Assembly: GCA_031372565.1 (NCBI GenBank)
Contig: JANMLN010000023.1
Location: 1 to 23,028 of the forward strand
Length of the DNA: 23,028 bases
Source of the DNA: Gemmatimonadota bacterium
Lineage (GTDB): Bacteria > Gemmatimonadota > Gemmatimonadetes > Gemmatimonadales > Gemmatimonadaceae
Direction: 5' to 3'
In this document: positions 9,132-17,683 of the stretch, piece after piece
Layout: every line of letters starts with the position of its first letter
How positions within the stretch are numbered: the stretch's first letter is position 1
Notes under the pieces: generated by a model
The model's input: the letters and a program-made list of their open reading frames with translations, nothing else
Databases searched by the model: none
Told to the model about the DNA's origin: nothing
Program-made: the position numbers and the translations under genes

Positions 9132-9704
9132 TCATGCGCCGATGTCCGCTTCGACGAGCTCGCAGATGAGGTGTTGGACGCACAGATGCAGCTCCTGCGC
9201 GCGATCGGTCCGGTCGGTCGGGATGATCACGTTGTGATCGGCCAGCGCACGCAGCTTGCCGCCGTCACGGCTCGAGAGCGCGAGCACGGCGACGCCCTTC
9301 GTGCGCGCCGCCTCGGCCGCCAACAGCACGTTGGGCGAGTTGCCGCTCGTCGAGTGGATGATGAGCAGGTCGCCCGGCCGGGCCAGCGCCTCGACCTGCC
9401 GCGAGAAGACCTGATCGAAGCCGAGGTCGTTGCCTGCGGCGGTCAACAGCGACGTGTCGGTGGTCAGCGCGATGGCGGCCAAGGCACGGCGGTTCTTCAT
9501 GTAGCGGACCACGTACTCCGTGGCCATGTGCTGCGCGTCGGCGGCGCTGCCACCGTTGCCGCAGAAGAACAGCGTGCCGCCCCGCGCGACGGTCTCGCGC
9601 ACCATGCTGGCCGCCTGCGCGATGGCCGGCACGGTCTCCTCGATCGTGCGCTGCGCCGCGGCGGCGAGGTCGGCCAGGCGTTGGCGGATGTGGGCGTCAC
9701 TCAT
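9132..9704 (-). CDS. gmhA: D-sedoheptulose-7-phosphate isomerase
   Basis: CGNGGSAADAQH, GNDLGF..VFSRQVEA, STSGNS.N, QELH...H. Confidence 0.94.
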   Translation of the reverse strand: MSDAHIRQRLADLAAAAQRTIEETVPAIAQAASMVRETVARGGTLFFCGNGGSAADAQHMATEYVVRYMKNRRALAAIALTTDTSLLTAAGNDLGFDQVFSRQVEALARPGDLLIIHSTSGNSPNVLLAAEAARTKGVAVLALSSRDGGKLRALADHNVIIPTDRTDRAQELHLCVQHLICELVEADIGA

Positions 9705-9716
9705 GCGGCGAGAGGC

Positions 9717-10046
9717 TCAGAGGTCGGCGGCAACGGCCAGATGCGATATCTGCGCCATCGCGCGCTGTGCGCGCTCGGTAATGCGCGCCGGCTCGTCACT
9801 CTCGGCCTCGAACGCATAGGTGACGAAGGCATCGGCGGCGAGCAGGTCGAGCGCGGTCTGCCGATCGGTGCGCCCCTCGCACAGCAATCGTGAGAGCAGC
9901 GCCTCTCCCGCACAGAGCAGCACCTCGCCCATGTCGGGTGCGGGTTCGGTGGAGCGCGCGCCGAGTGCGTCGTTGAGGCGCGCCATCAACGCGTCGGGGG
10001 GCACCGGCTGCCGCGAGGCGAGCCACGCACGTGGCGTGACCGCCAT
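9717..10046 (-). CDS. Hypothetical protein (109 aa)
   Basis: ATG 2 nt after the alaS stop; fills the alaS-gmhA gap; helical, contains DLLAADAFVTYAFE. Confidence 0.75.
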   Translation of the reverse strand: MAVTPRAWLASRQPVPPDALMARLNDALGARSTEPAPDMGEVLLCAGEALLSRLLCEGRTDRQTALDLLAADAFVTYAFEAESDEPARITERAQRAMAQISHLAVAADL

Positions 10047-10048
10047 GA

Positions 10049-12823
10049 TCAGGCCGCTCCCAGCGCGCTGGTCACGATCCCCAGTGCGGCAGCGAGCGCC
10101 TCGGGGAGCTTGGCGGCGTCCGGAATGCCGGCCTGCGCCATGTGCGGCTTCCCGCCGCCCTTGCCGCCCGCGATGACCGCGAGCTCGCGCACCAACGCGT
10201 CGGCCTTCACGCCGCGATCGCGCACGTCGTCGGTGACCACCACCAGCAGCGTGTTCTTGCCGTCGGCAAACGAGGCACCAAGCACACCGACACCGCTGCC
10301 GAGCTTCTCGCGGAGTTCGTCGCCTTGGGCCTGCAACGTCTTCACGTCGGCCGCGCTCGACATCGCGCACACGAAACGCGCGGCGCCGATGCTCACCGCC
10401 TTGGCAATCAGCTGGTCGGTCTCGGCCTTCGCGCCTTCGGCCGCATTGGCTTCGAGCTTCTTTTCGAGTGCACGCCGTTCATCGGCCATGACCTTGACGC
10501 GCGCTTCGGCTTCATCGACCCGTGTGGCGCCGACCGCGTGGGCCACGCGACCGAGCGCCTGCGCCCGCTCGTGCAGCAGGGCGTAGGCGCCACGCCCGGT
10601 CAACGCCTCGATACGGCGCACGCCGGCCGCCACCCCCGACTCCTGCACGATGGTGAAGAGGCCGATCTCACCGGTGTTGCGCACGTGCGTCCCACCACAG
10701 AGTTCGGTGGAGTACCCGGGCACATCGACCACGCGGACCACATCGCCGTACTTCTCGCCAAACAGCGCCATGGCGCCCGCCGAGACGGCGTCGCGATACG
10801 GCATCTCCTTGGTGGTCACCGGGGTCGCGTGCCAGATCTGATCGTTGACTTCGCTCTCGATCAACGCCAGCACGTCGGCCTTGACCGGGCCATGGTTGGT
10901 GAAGTCGAAGCGGAGACGGTCGGGCGCCACGAGTGATCCGGCCTGGTGCACGTGCTCGCCCAGGTGCCGGCGGAGTGCGGCGTGGAGCAGGTGCGTGGCC
11001 GTGTGGTTGCGCTCCGTATCGTGGCGCGCGCCCTGCTTCACGCGCGCACGCGCATGCCCAAAGGCCATCGGGCCCTCGATCACACCGATCGCGGCGTGGC
11101 GCCCGTCGAGCTTGCGCACCTCATCGACCTGTACGCGCCAGCCTTCGCCCACGATCTCGCCGTGGTCGCTCACCTGCCCGCCCGACTCGGCGTAGAACGG
11201 CGTCTGCTCGAGCAGGACCGCCACGCGTCCCTCGCCGAGCAGGCGCACGGCGCTGACGCGTGTCTGGACGTCCACGCGCTCGTAGCCGACGAAGGTGGAG
11301 TACCCCTCGCCGCCATTCTTCTCCCACAGGTCGATGTCGCCGATCTCGTCTGCGACCACCTTGATCGCGCGCGACTTGCGTTCCTCCTGCGACCGCTTGC
11401 GCTGCCGCCCGAGCGCCTTCTCGAACTCTTCGACATCGACGTGATAGCCGCGCTCGCGAGCCATCAGCTCGGTGAGGTCGAGCGGGAAGCCGAAGCGATC
11501 GTACAGCGTGAAGGCGTCCTCGCCACTGACGGTGCCGCGCGAGTGGGTCGAGCCCTGCGTGCTGCGGCCCGGTGGCGCGAGTTCGTCGAAGCGCGACATG
11601 CCGGCGTCGATCGTGGCGAAGAAGCGTTCTTCTTCGGCACGCGTGGTGTCGATCAGGTGCTTGTGGCGCACCTGCAGCTCGGGGTAGGTCGCGCGCATCT
11701 GGTCGATCACGACCTGCACCACCGGCGCGAGCGTCGGCTCGCGACGGCCCATCAACCAGGCGTGGCGCACACCGCGACGGAGAATGCGGCGCAGCACGTA
11801 GCCGCGCCCGTCGTTGGACGGGAAGACGCCGTCGGCGAGCAGGAAGGCCACCGCGCGCGCGTGGTCGGCGATGACGCGGAACGAGGCCGGATCGACGCTG
11901 ATCGTGCGCGCCGCACTTCCAACGCCCACCGTCGCGTCGTAGTGCGCATCGCTGATGCGGCCGTGATACGGAATGCCCACCACGCGCTCCACTTCCGCGA
12001 TCATCGGCGCGAAGAGGTCGGTGTGGAAGTTGTTCGTGAGCCGCTGCATGACCGCCGCGATCCGCTCGAGCCCCGCCCCGGTGTCCACGCTCGGCTTGGG
12101 GAGCGGCACCAAGGTGCCGTCCGCCTGCCGGTCGAATTGCATGAAGACCAGGTTCCAGATCTCGAGGAAGCGCCCGACTTCAGCGCCGGCCTCGAACGCA
12201 TCGCGCGAGAAGTCGGTGATGTCGGTGCGGGTCCACTCGCCGCTCGCGCCGTCGGGGAACTTCCAGTCCGGCGCCAGGTGCGCCAAATCGACGTAGATCT
12301 CGGAGCATGGGCCGCAGGGGCCGGTGTCGGCCATCTGCCAGAAGTTGTCCTTCGCGCCCAGGCCGTAGATCCGGCTCTCGGGCACGCCGGCGACGTCGCG
12401 CCAGAGCGCGCGCGCTTCGTCGTCCTCGTGGAAGACGGTGACGCGCAGGTGCTCCTTGGGGAGCTTGAGCTCCTCGGTCACGAACTCCCAGGCGAAGCGG
12501 ATCGCATCGCGCTTGAAGTAGTCGCCGAACGAGAAGTTGCCGAGCATCTCGAAAAAGGTGTGGTGGCGAAAGGTGTGCCCCACCTGCTCGAGGTCGTTGT
12601 GCTTGCCGCCCGCCCGGACGCACTTCTGGCTGGTCGTCGCGCGGCGGTTCCCCTCGGGCGGATCTTCCATCCCAAGGAACACCTTCTTGAACTGGACCAT
12701 TCCAGCATTGGTAAACAGCAAGGTGTCGTCCCCCACGGGGACGAGCGACGACGAGGCGCGCACGGCATGCTGCTGGCGCTCGAAGTAGGCGAGAAAGCGG
12801 CGGCGGATTTCGTCGGCGTTCAT
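10049..12823 (-). CDS. alaS: Alanine--tRNA ligase
   Basis: LLFTNAGMVQFK, HHTFFEMLGNFSFGDYFK, GPCGPCSEI, DTGAGLER, editing domain HTATHLLH and ELCGGTH, C-Ala GGKGGG. Confidence 0.98.
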   Translation of the reverse strand: MNADEIRRRFLAYFERQQHAVRASSSLVPVGDDTLLFTNAGMVQFKKVFLGMEDPPEGNRRATTSQKCVRAGGKHNDLEQVGHTFRHHTFFEMLGNFSFGDYFKRDAIRFAWEFVTEELKLPKEHLRVTVFHEDDEARALWRDVAGVPESRIYGLGAKDNFWQMADTGPCGPCSEIYVDLAHLAPDWKFPDGASGEWTRTDITDFSRDAFEAGAEVGRFLEIWNLVFMQFDRQADGTLVPLPKPSVDTGAGLERIAAVMQRLTNNFHTDLFAPMIAEVERVVGIPYHGRISDAHYDATVGVGSAARTISVDPASFRVIADHARAVAFLLADGVFPSNDGRGYVLRRILRRGVRHAWLMGRREPTLAPVVQVVIDQMRATYPELQVRHKHLIDTTRAEEERFFATIDAGMSRFDELAPPGRSTQGSTHSRGTVSGEDAFTLYDRFGFPLDLTELMARERGYHVDVEEFEKALGRQRKRSQEERKSRAIKVVADEIGDIDLWEKNGGEGYSTFVGYERVDVQTRVSAVRLLGEGRVAVLLEQTPFYAESGGQVSDHGEIVGEGWRVQVDEVRKLDGRHAAIGVIEGPMAFGHARARVKQGARHDTERNHTATHLLHAALRRHLGEHVHQAGSLVAPDRLRFDFTNHGPVKADVLALIESEVNDQIWHATPVTTKEMPYRDAVSAGAMALFGEKYGDVVRVVDVPGYSTELCGGTHVRNTGEIGLFTIVQESGVAAGVRRIEALTGRGAYALLHERAQALGRVAHAVGATRVDEAEARVKVMADERRALEKKLEANAAEGAKAETDQLIAKAVSIGAARFVCAMSSAADVKTLQAQGDELREKLGSGVGVLGASFADGKNTLLVVVTDDVRDRGVKADALVRELAVIAGGKGGGKPHMAQAGIPDAAKLPEALAAALGIVTSALGAA

Positions 12824-12832
12824 AGGCGTGGA

Positions 12833-12862
12833 AAGATAACCGACGCTCCGTTAGGGTACACT
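12833..12862. promoter_or_regulatory. Back-to-back -10 boxes for alaS (-) and heme A synthase (+)
   Basis: TATCTT on - at 12838-12833, 9 nt before the alaS ATG. TACACT on + at 12857-12862, 5 nt before ATG 12868. No Shine-Dalgarno on either side of the 44-bp gap. Confidence 0.55.
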
Positions 12863-12867
12863 GCACG

Positions 12868-14025
12868 ATGGCTACGCTCGCTCAGCCCGACGCCCGTCCT
12901 GAACGCTCGGGCACACCGCTCGTCGCACGCGACAGGCACCGTGCGCCCGGTGCCCCACTCGAAAGCTCGGCCGCCGATGCCAGCGTACGCCGCTGGCTCG
13001 TGGCCACCGCGTGGAGCGTGGTCGCCGCCCTCGTGGTGGGGGGCATCACCCGGCTCACCGACTCGGGGCTCTCGATCACCGTGTGGGCGCCTGTGGCCGG
13101 TATCCTGCCGCCGCTCTCCCACGCCGACTGGGAGCGCGCTTTTCAGGCCTACCTCCAGATCCCCGAGGCGCAGACGGTCCACCGCGGCATCAGCATGGGC
13201 GGCTTTCAGGCGCTCTTCTGGTGGGAGTGGTTTCACCGCCTGGTCGCGCGCGGCGTGGGGCTGGTCATCGCCCTGCCCTACCTCTGGCTCGTGGCGCGGG
13301 GACAGCTGCGCGGGCGGTCGATGGTCGCGCTGGGCGCCCTGCCCGTGCTCGTGGCCGCGCAGGGCGCGCTGGGGTGGTACATGGTCAAGAGTGGCCTGTC
13401 GGTGAAGACCGACGTGAGCCAGTACCGGCTGGTGGCGCACCTGCTCCTGGCGCTCGTGATCTTCGTGATCGCCGTGTGGGGCGCTACAACGCGTGGTCGC
13501 GCCAACCGTCCGGAGGCGATGCGAGCATCCGACCGCGCCACCCGTCCGCTCGCGCTCGGCGCGACCCTGCTTGCCGCGCTCGCCTTCCTGACCATCGCCT
13601 CGGGCGGGTTCGTCGCCGGCCTCGATGGCGGCAAGGTGTACAACGAGTTCCCCCTCATGGGCGGACAGCTCGTGCCGCGCGAGTACGCGCAGTTGGCCCC
13701 GCTCTGGCAGAACTGGTTCGACAACCCGGTGGCCGCGCAGTTCAATCACCGGACGCTCGCGTTCGTCACGTTGGCCGCCGCGTGGGCGCTCTATCTGCTC
13801 GGTCGGCGCGCACTGTCTGGCGTGCCCGCCATTGCGGTCCGGCGCGTGGCGCTCGTAACCGTGCTGCAGGTGGGGCTCGGGATCACCACGCTGCTCCTGT
13901 CCGTGCCGGTGGCAGTGGCGGCGCTGCACCAGTTGGGGGCGGTGGCGCTGCTGGCGGCGGCACTCGTGGCGGCCAACGAGGCGCACGCAGCCGCCCACAC
14001 GCCGCTCGCGATCCGCGACCGCTAG
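12868..14025 (+). CDS. ctaA: Heme A synthase (COX15/CtaA, type 2)
   Basis: GGITRLTDSGLSI, WEWFHR, QGALGWYMVKSGL, VSQYRL..HL, GGFVAGLD, QFNHR, ALHQ; multiple TM helices. Shares the CTAG stop with convergent recX. Confidence 0.94.
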   Translation: MATLAQPDARPERSGTPLVARDRHRAPGAPLESSAADASVRRWLVATAWSVVAALVVGGITRLTDSGLSITVWAPVAGILPPLSHADWERAFQAYLQIPEAQTVHRGISMGGFQALFWWEWFHRLVARGVGLVIALPYLWLVARGQLRGRSMVALGALPVLVAAQGALGWYMVKSGLSVKTDVSQYRLVAHLLLALVIFVIAVWGATTRGRANRPEAMRASDRATRPLALGATLLAALAFLTIASGGFVAGLDGGKVYNEFPLMGGQLVPREYAQLAPLWQNWFDNPVAAQFNHRTLAFVTLAAAWALYLLGRRALSGVPAIAVRRVALVTVLQVGLGITTLLLSVPVAVAALHQLGAVALLAAALVAANEAHAAAHTPLAIRDR

Positions 14026-14603
14026 TCCTCGGCTTCGCCGTCCGCGTCGCCCTCAGCGGCCGCTTCTCGGTCGAGTCTGCGCAGGGTCTCGCGGATCGTA
14101 TCCCCCGCGAACCCGCGCCGCGCCAGAAAGGCCGTCAACCGCCGCGCCCGTGTGCGCGGATCGAGCGCCGAAAGCGACCTGAGCTTCTGGCGCGCCGCAC
14201 GTTCCACGCTCGAGCCTTCGTCCACGAGCCCCTCGTCGACGCGCACCTCCGCGATTGCCTCGGCCGCCATGGCTCGATCGACTCCCCGACGCGTCATCTC
14301 CTGCTGGACGCGCCGCACCGACGCGCGGCGGCTCACCAGATAGGTGCGCGCCACTTGGCGGGCGTAGATCGCGTCGTTGACCAGCCCCGCCTGCACGACG
14401 CGCTGCACCGTGGTCAGGGCGATGTCCGGGGCGTGGCCCTTTTCCTTGAGGCGGCGCAGAAGCCCTGCCTCGGAGTAGCTCCGCCGTTCGAGCATGCGGA
14501 GCGCCTGCGCTCGGCATGCGGCCGCTTGTTCGGCGGGTGACGGGGGCGGCGCGTCGTCCGGGGGGGCGGGCGGGCGGGGGCGTCGGGAGGTGAAGCGGGG
14601 CAT
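14022..14603 (-). CDS. recX: Regulatory protein RecX
   Basis: Downstream of recA; AL..LERR.YSE..L.RRL..KG, GLVND..YA, L.AFLARRGF. Confidence 0.88.
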   Translation of the reverse strand: MPRFTSRRPRPPAPPDDAPPPSPAEQAAACRAQALRMLERRSYSEAGLLRRLKEKGHAPDIALTTVQRVVQAGLVNDAIYARQVARTYLVSRRASVRRVQQEMTRRGVDRAMAAEAIAEVRVDEGLVDEGSSVERAARQKLRSLSALDPRTRARRLTAFLARRGFAGDTIRETLRRLDREAAAEGDADGEAED

Positions 14604-14626
14604 GGGTGGAGGGGGAGAAAAAAAGC

Positions 14627-14653
14627 AGGTCCTTCGCTGCGCTCAGGACGACA
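14627..14653 (-). repeat. Single REP-like element followed by a U7 tract
   Basis: Minus strand reads TGTCGTCCTGAGCGCAGCGAAGGACCT with stem GTCCT/AGGAC, resembling the widespread GTCATCCTGAGCG(C/A)AGCGAAGGATCT repeat (recalled). It is followed by GCTTTTTTT just upstream of recX. Confidence 0.7.
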
Positions 14654-14661
14654 GGGGGTGG

Positions 14662-14741
14662 AAAAAGTGCCGAGGGGCCGCTGAGCGAACGACGTGGGGA
14701 TCCGGGCCCACACGACGATCGAACAACGAACCCCCCGGCAC
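14662..14741 (-). terminator. Long imperfect hairpin plus U5 downstream of recA
   Basis: Arms GTGCCGGGGGGTTCGTTGTTCGATCGTCGTGTGGG and CCCCACGTCGTTCGCTCAGCGGCCCCTCGGCAC, then TTTTT on the minus strand. Several non-Watson-Crick positions are G-U wobbles only on the recA-sense strand. Confidence 0.65.
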
Positions 14742-14764
14742 GACTTCCGGCGGACCAGCGCGGC

Positions 14765-15808
14765 CTAGTCTTCGGCGGCCTCGCTCGCGTCAAGCTCCGG
14801 CTTGCCGCCGACGCCCAACACCACCTTCACCTGCTCCTCGATCTCCAGCATCATCTTGACGTTGTCCTTGAGGAACATCTTGGCGTTCTCACGCCCCTGC
14901 CCGATGCGCTGGCCCTTGTAGCTGTACCAGGCGCCGGACTTCTCGATGATCCCCGTCTCCGAGCCGATGTCCACCAGCAGCGAGACGTGGCTGATCCCCT
15001 CGGCGTACATGATGTCGAACTCGGCTTGCTTGAACGGCGGCGCCACCTTGTTCTTGACCACCTTCACGCGGACGTGCGACCCGATCACGTCCTCCTTCTC
15101 CTTGACCGGCCCGACGCGGCGGATGTCGAGGCGGACCGAGGCGTAGAACTTGAGCGCCTTGCCGCCGGTCGTCGTTTCGGGGCTGCCGAACATGACGCCG
15201 ATCTTCTCGCGCAGCTGGTTGATGAAGACCACCGAGGTCTTCGAGCGCGCGATGGCACCGGTGAGCTTGCGGAGCGCCTGACTCATGAGCCGTGCCTGCA
15301 GGCCCATGTGCGACTCGCCCATCTCCCCCTCGATTTCCGCCTTCGGGACGAGCGCGGCCACCGAGTCGACGACCACGACGTCCACCGCGCCGGAGCGCAC
15401 GAGGATCTCGCAGATCTCGAGCGCCTGCTCGCCCGTGTCGGGCTGGCTGATGAGGAGGTTCTGGACGTCCACGCCAAGCTTGGCGGCGTAGTCGGTGTCG
15501 AGAGCGTGTTCGGCGTCGATGAAGGCGGCCACACCGCCCGCCTTCTGCGCATTGGCCACGATGTGCAGACAGAGTGTCGTCTTGCCGCTCGACTCGGGAC
15601 CGTAGATCTCCGTGATGCGCCCGCGGGGGATCCCACCGATGCCGATGGCGGCATCCAGGTTGATCGCGCCCGTCGAGATGCACTCGATCGGAGCACGGGT
15701 ATCCGTGCCCAGCCGCATGATGGAACCCTTGCCGTGCGACTTCTCGATCTGCGCGATGGCCAGAGAGAGCGCCTTCTTGCGATCGTCCTGCAGCGTGTTG
15801 CTAGCCAT
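14765..15808 (-). CDS. recA: Recombinase RecA
   Basis: [65 protein letters not shown] at 15808 preceded by AAGGTGG. Confidence 0.99.
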   Translation of the reverse strand: MASNTLQDDRKKALSLAIAQIEKSHGKGSIMRLGTDTRAPIECISTGAINLDAAIGIGGIPRGRITEIYGPESSGKTTLCLHIVANAQKAGGVAAFIDAEHALDTDYAAKLGVDVQNLLISQPDTGEQALEICEILVRSGAVDVVVVDSVAALVPKAEIEGEMGESHMGLQARLMSQALRKLTGAIARSKTSVVFINQLREKIGVMFGSPETTTGGKALKFYASVRLDIRRVGPVKEKEDVIGSHVRVKVVKNKVAPPFKQAEFDIMYAEGISHVSLLVDIGSETGIIEKSGAWYSYKGQRIGQGRENAKMFLKDNVKMMLEIEEQVKVVLGVGGKPELDASEAAED

Positions 15809-15857
15809 GACCCACCTTTGGGGTTGGACGTTTGAGCTCTGGCCAGGCTCGACAGGA

Positions 15858-15923
15858 AAGATACCCTGCCCCGGCGCTTTCGGAGACACCCGAAGAAAGT
15901 ACGAAGCTCCCTCGGGAAAGCAA
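15858..15923 (-). promoter_or_regulatory. recA promoter region with a candidate operator
   Basis: On the minus strand: TTGCTT-16 nt-TACTTT, then palindrome TTCGG-GTGTCT-CCGAA, then a second -10-like TATCTT. Confidence 0.55.
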
Positions 15924-15927
15924 GCCA

Positions 15928-16293
15928 CTAATTGAGCCGAAATGCATCGGGCACATGCCGCACCCGAACCGACTCACCCTGCACCAGCACCCCGACGACA
16001 TCAAACCGGTAGGCCTCACCGGGGCGCCCGTGGCGTTCAATCCAGACGTGAGCAGATCGCGCTAACTCTTTCTGCTTCTTCCAGTTAACTGCCTCCACTG
16101 GATCACCAAACCGGTCCCCATGGCGCGCCTTGACCTCGACAAACGCCACCAGGCCGTCCCGCTCCACCACGAGGTCAAGGTCCCGGTGTCCGCTCCGGAA
16201 GCGACGGTTCATCACCCGCCACCCCTGTCGCGTGAGCCACCGAGCCGCGACCCGTTCTCCCAGTTCTCCGAAGGCCTGCCTGACCGCTGACAT
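15928..16293 (-). CDS. yraN: YraN family (UPF0102) putative endonuclease
   Basis: G..GE..AARWL...[26 protein letters not shown]...AF. Start ATG at 16293, with TACCGT 6 nt upstream. Confidence 0.92.
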   Translation of the reverse strand: MSAVRQAFGELGERVAARWLTRQGWRVMNRRFRSGHRDLDLVVERDGLVAFVEVKARHGDRFGDPVEAVNWKKQKELARSAHVWIERHGRPGEAYRFDVVGVLVQGESVRVRHVPDAFRLN

Positions 16294-16431
16294 GAGCGTA
16301 CGGTATCCGCCTTCGACCGTGAGTGGTAACCGCGGAATTGCACCACCTATCATTCGCACGCAACGGCGAATGAGATCGAGGTTGCGCTCACACCTCTGGC
16401 CCGTGCAGCACGTTCGCGCTTGATTGCCGCG

Positions 16432-17652
16432 ATGCACATCGTGCTCGCTCCCGTTGGCACGCGCGGCGACGTGGAACCCCTGCTGGCGCTCAGCGACACG
16501 CTCCGCTCACGCGGCCACACCTGTACACTCGCCGCCCCGCGCACCTTCGCGACGGTCGCGGAGCACGAGGGACTGCCCTTCGTGTCGCTTGGAGCAGGCT
16601 TCGACGAGTTCGCGCGCGGCATGCACGACGAGACCCGTGTGATCCTCGCCTTCCGGCACACGCTGCGTGATCAGTACGACGGGCTCATGCGCGCGGCGCA
16701 GGGAGCCGACGCGATTCTCGGCGCCATGCTGTGTTTGGCGGGGCCCTCCGTGGCGCGCGTCCACCGCATCCCATGGCTCTTCGCGGGATTCAGCCCGCAC
16801 TATCTGCGGTCGCGTCTGCAGGTGCCTGCCGGCGTGCCCGTTCGCGCCTTGCCCCCATGGGTGCTCGGCGCGCTGAATGTCGTGCAGGACCTCGCCGTCC
16901 CGATCGCCATGCGCCCCTGGATCGCCGAGGAACGGCGGCTGGGCTTTCCGCCACCCGACGGCGTCTGGCAGCACATGGCGCTCAATGGGGAGTTGCTGCT
17001 CGGCTACGACGAGGAGCTGCTGCCCAACCCTGCCGACGCGACGGGTCGCCTCAACCCGATCGGCGTACTACGTCGCAATGGCGCGTCCGCACCGCTCGAT
17101 GCGGAGCTCGCCCGTTTCCTCGAGGCGGGACCTCCGCCCGTGTACCTCGGCTTCGGATCCATGTCGCACAACGATCCGGGCGCGCTCATGTCCGTGCTGC
17201 TGGGCAGCGTGGCCCGTACCGGTGCGCGCGCCGTAATCAACGCCGGCTGGTCGGGGCTCGCGGCGGAACAGCTACCATCAAGTGTCATCGTTGTGCCGCA
17301 TGCGCCACACGACGCGCTCTTTCCGCAGTGCGCCGGAGCCGTGCACCACGGCGGCGCAGGCACGCTGCACGCCGCCGCGCTGGCCGGCGTACCCCAAGCG
17401 GTGGTGCATCACTGGGCGGATCAGATCCACCACGGCTGGCGCGTCGAGACGCTCGGCATCGGTCCCGGCCCCACGACGATTCGCGCGCTCAATGCCGAGT
17501 GGCTGGACGCGACCATTCGGCGATTCAGCTCCGATGCCGCCATGCGCGAACGCGCGGCGGCGCTGGGTCACCGCATGCGGTCCCGACTCGGTGGGGCGGA
17601 GCGGGCTGCCGATCTCGTCGAGCGGGTCGTACACGCGCATCGGCTGGCGTAG
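16432..17652 (+). CDS. GT1-family glycosyltransferase (Glyco_transf_28 N-term; sterol-glucosyltransferase/aglycone type)
   Basis: GTRGDVEP, FLEAGPPPVYLGFGSM, PHDALFP, VHHGGAGT, AGVPQ, ADQ. Confidence 0.92.
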   Translation: MHIVLAPVGTRGDVEPLLALSDTLRSRGHTCTLAAPRTFATVAEHEGLPFVSLGAGFDEFARGMHDETRVILAFRHTLRDQYDGLMRAAQGADAILGAMLCLAGPSVARVHRIPWLFAGFSPHYLRSRLQVPAGVPVRALPPWVLGALNVVQDLAVPIAMRPWIAEERRLGFPPPDGVWQHMALNGELLLGYDEELLPNPADATGRLNPIGVLRRNGASAPLDAELARFLEAGPPPVYLGFGSMSHNDPGALMSVLLGSVARTGARAVINAGWSGLAAEQLPSSVIVVPHAPHDALFPQCAGAVHHGGAGTLHAAALAGVPQAVVHHWADQIHHGWRVETLGIGPGPTTIRALNAEWLDATIRRFSSDAAMRERAAALGHRMRSRLGGAERAADLVERVVHAHRLA

Positions 17653-17683
17653 TCACGCCTGCCGCCAACCACGCGCGCGGCAG

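Noticed and set aside
9132..9704. gmhA, wecB and the epimerase as a polysaccharide or LPS locus
   Set aside because: They are scattered among housekeeping genes with no adjacent transferases, flippase or polymerase.
10946..13405. Very long antisense ORFs (819 aa here; also 17282-19219, 20475-22307, 1171-2520, 14606-15835)
   Set aside because: Shadow frames opposite well-supported genes, expected in high-GC DNA, with no recognisable motifs.
15809..15928. N-terminal extension of RecA in the ORF track
   Set aside because: This is the promoter region; an SD-like sequence precedes ATG 15808, where RecA homology starts.
17659..17683. CTGCCGC-N11-GCGGCAG inverted repeat between convergent genes
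   Set aside because: Large loop, no U-tract, and easily produced by chance at this GC content.
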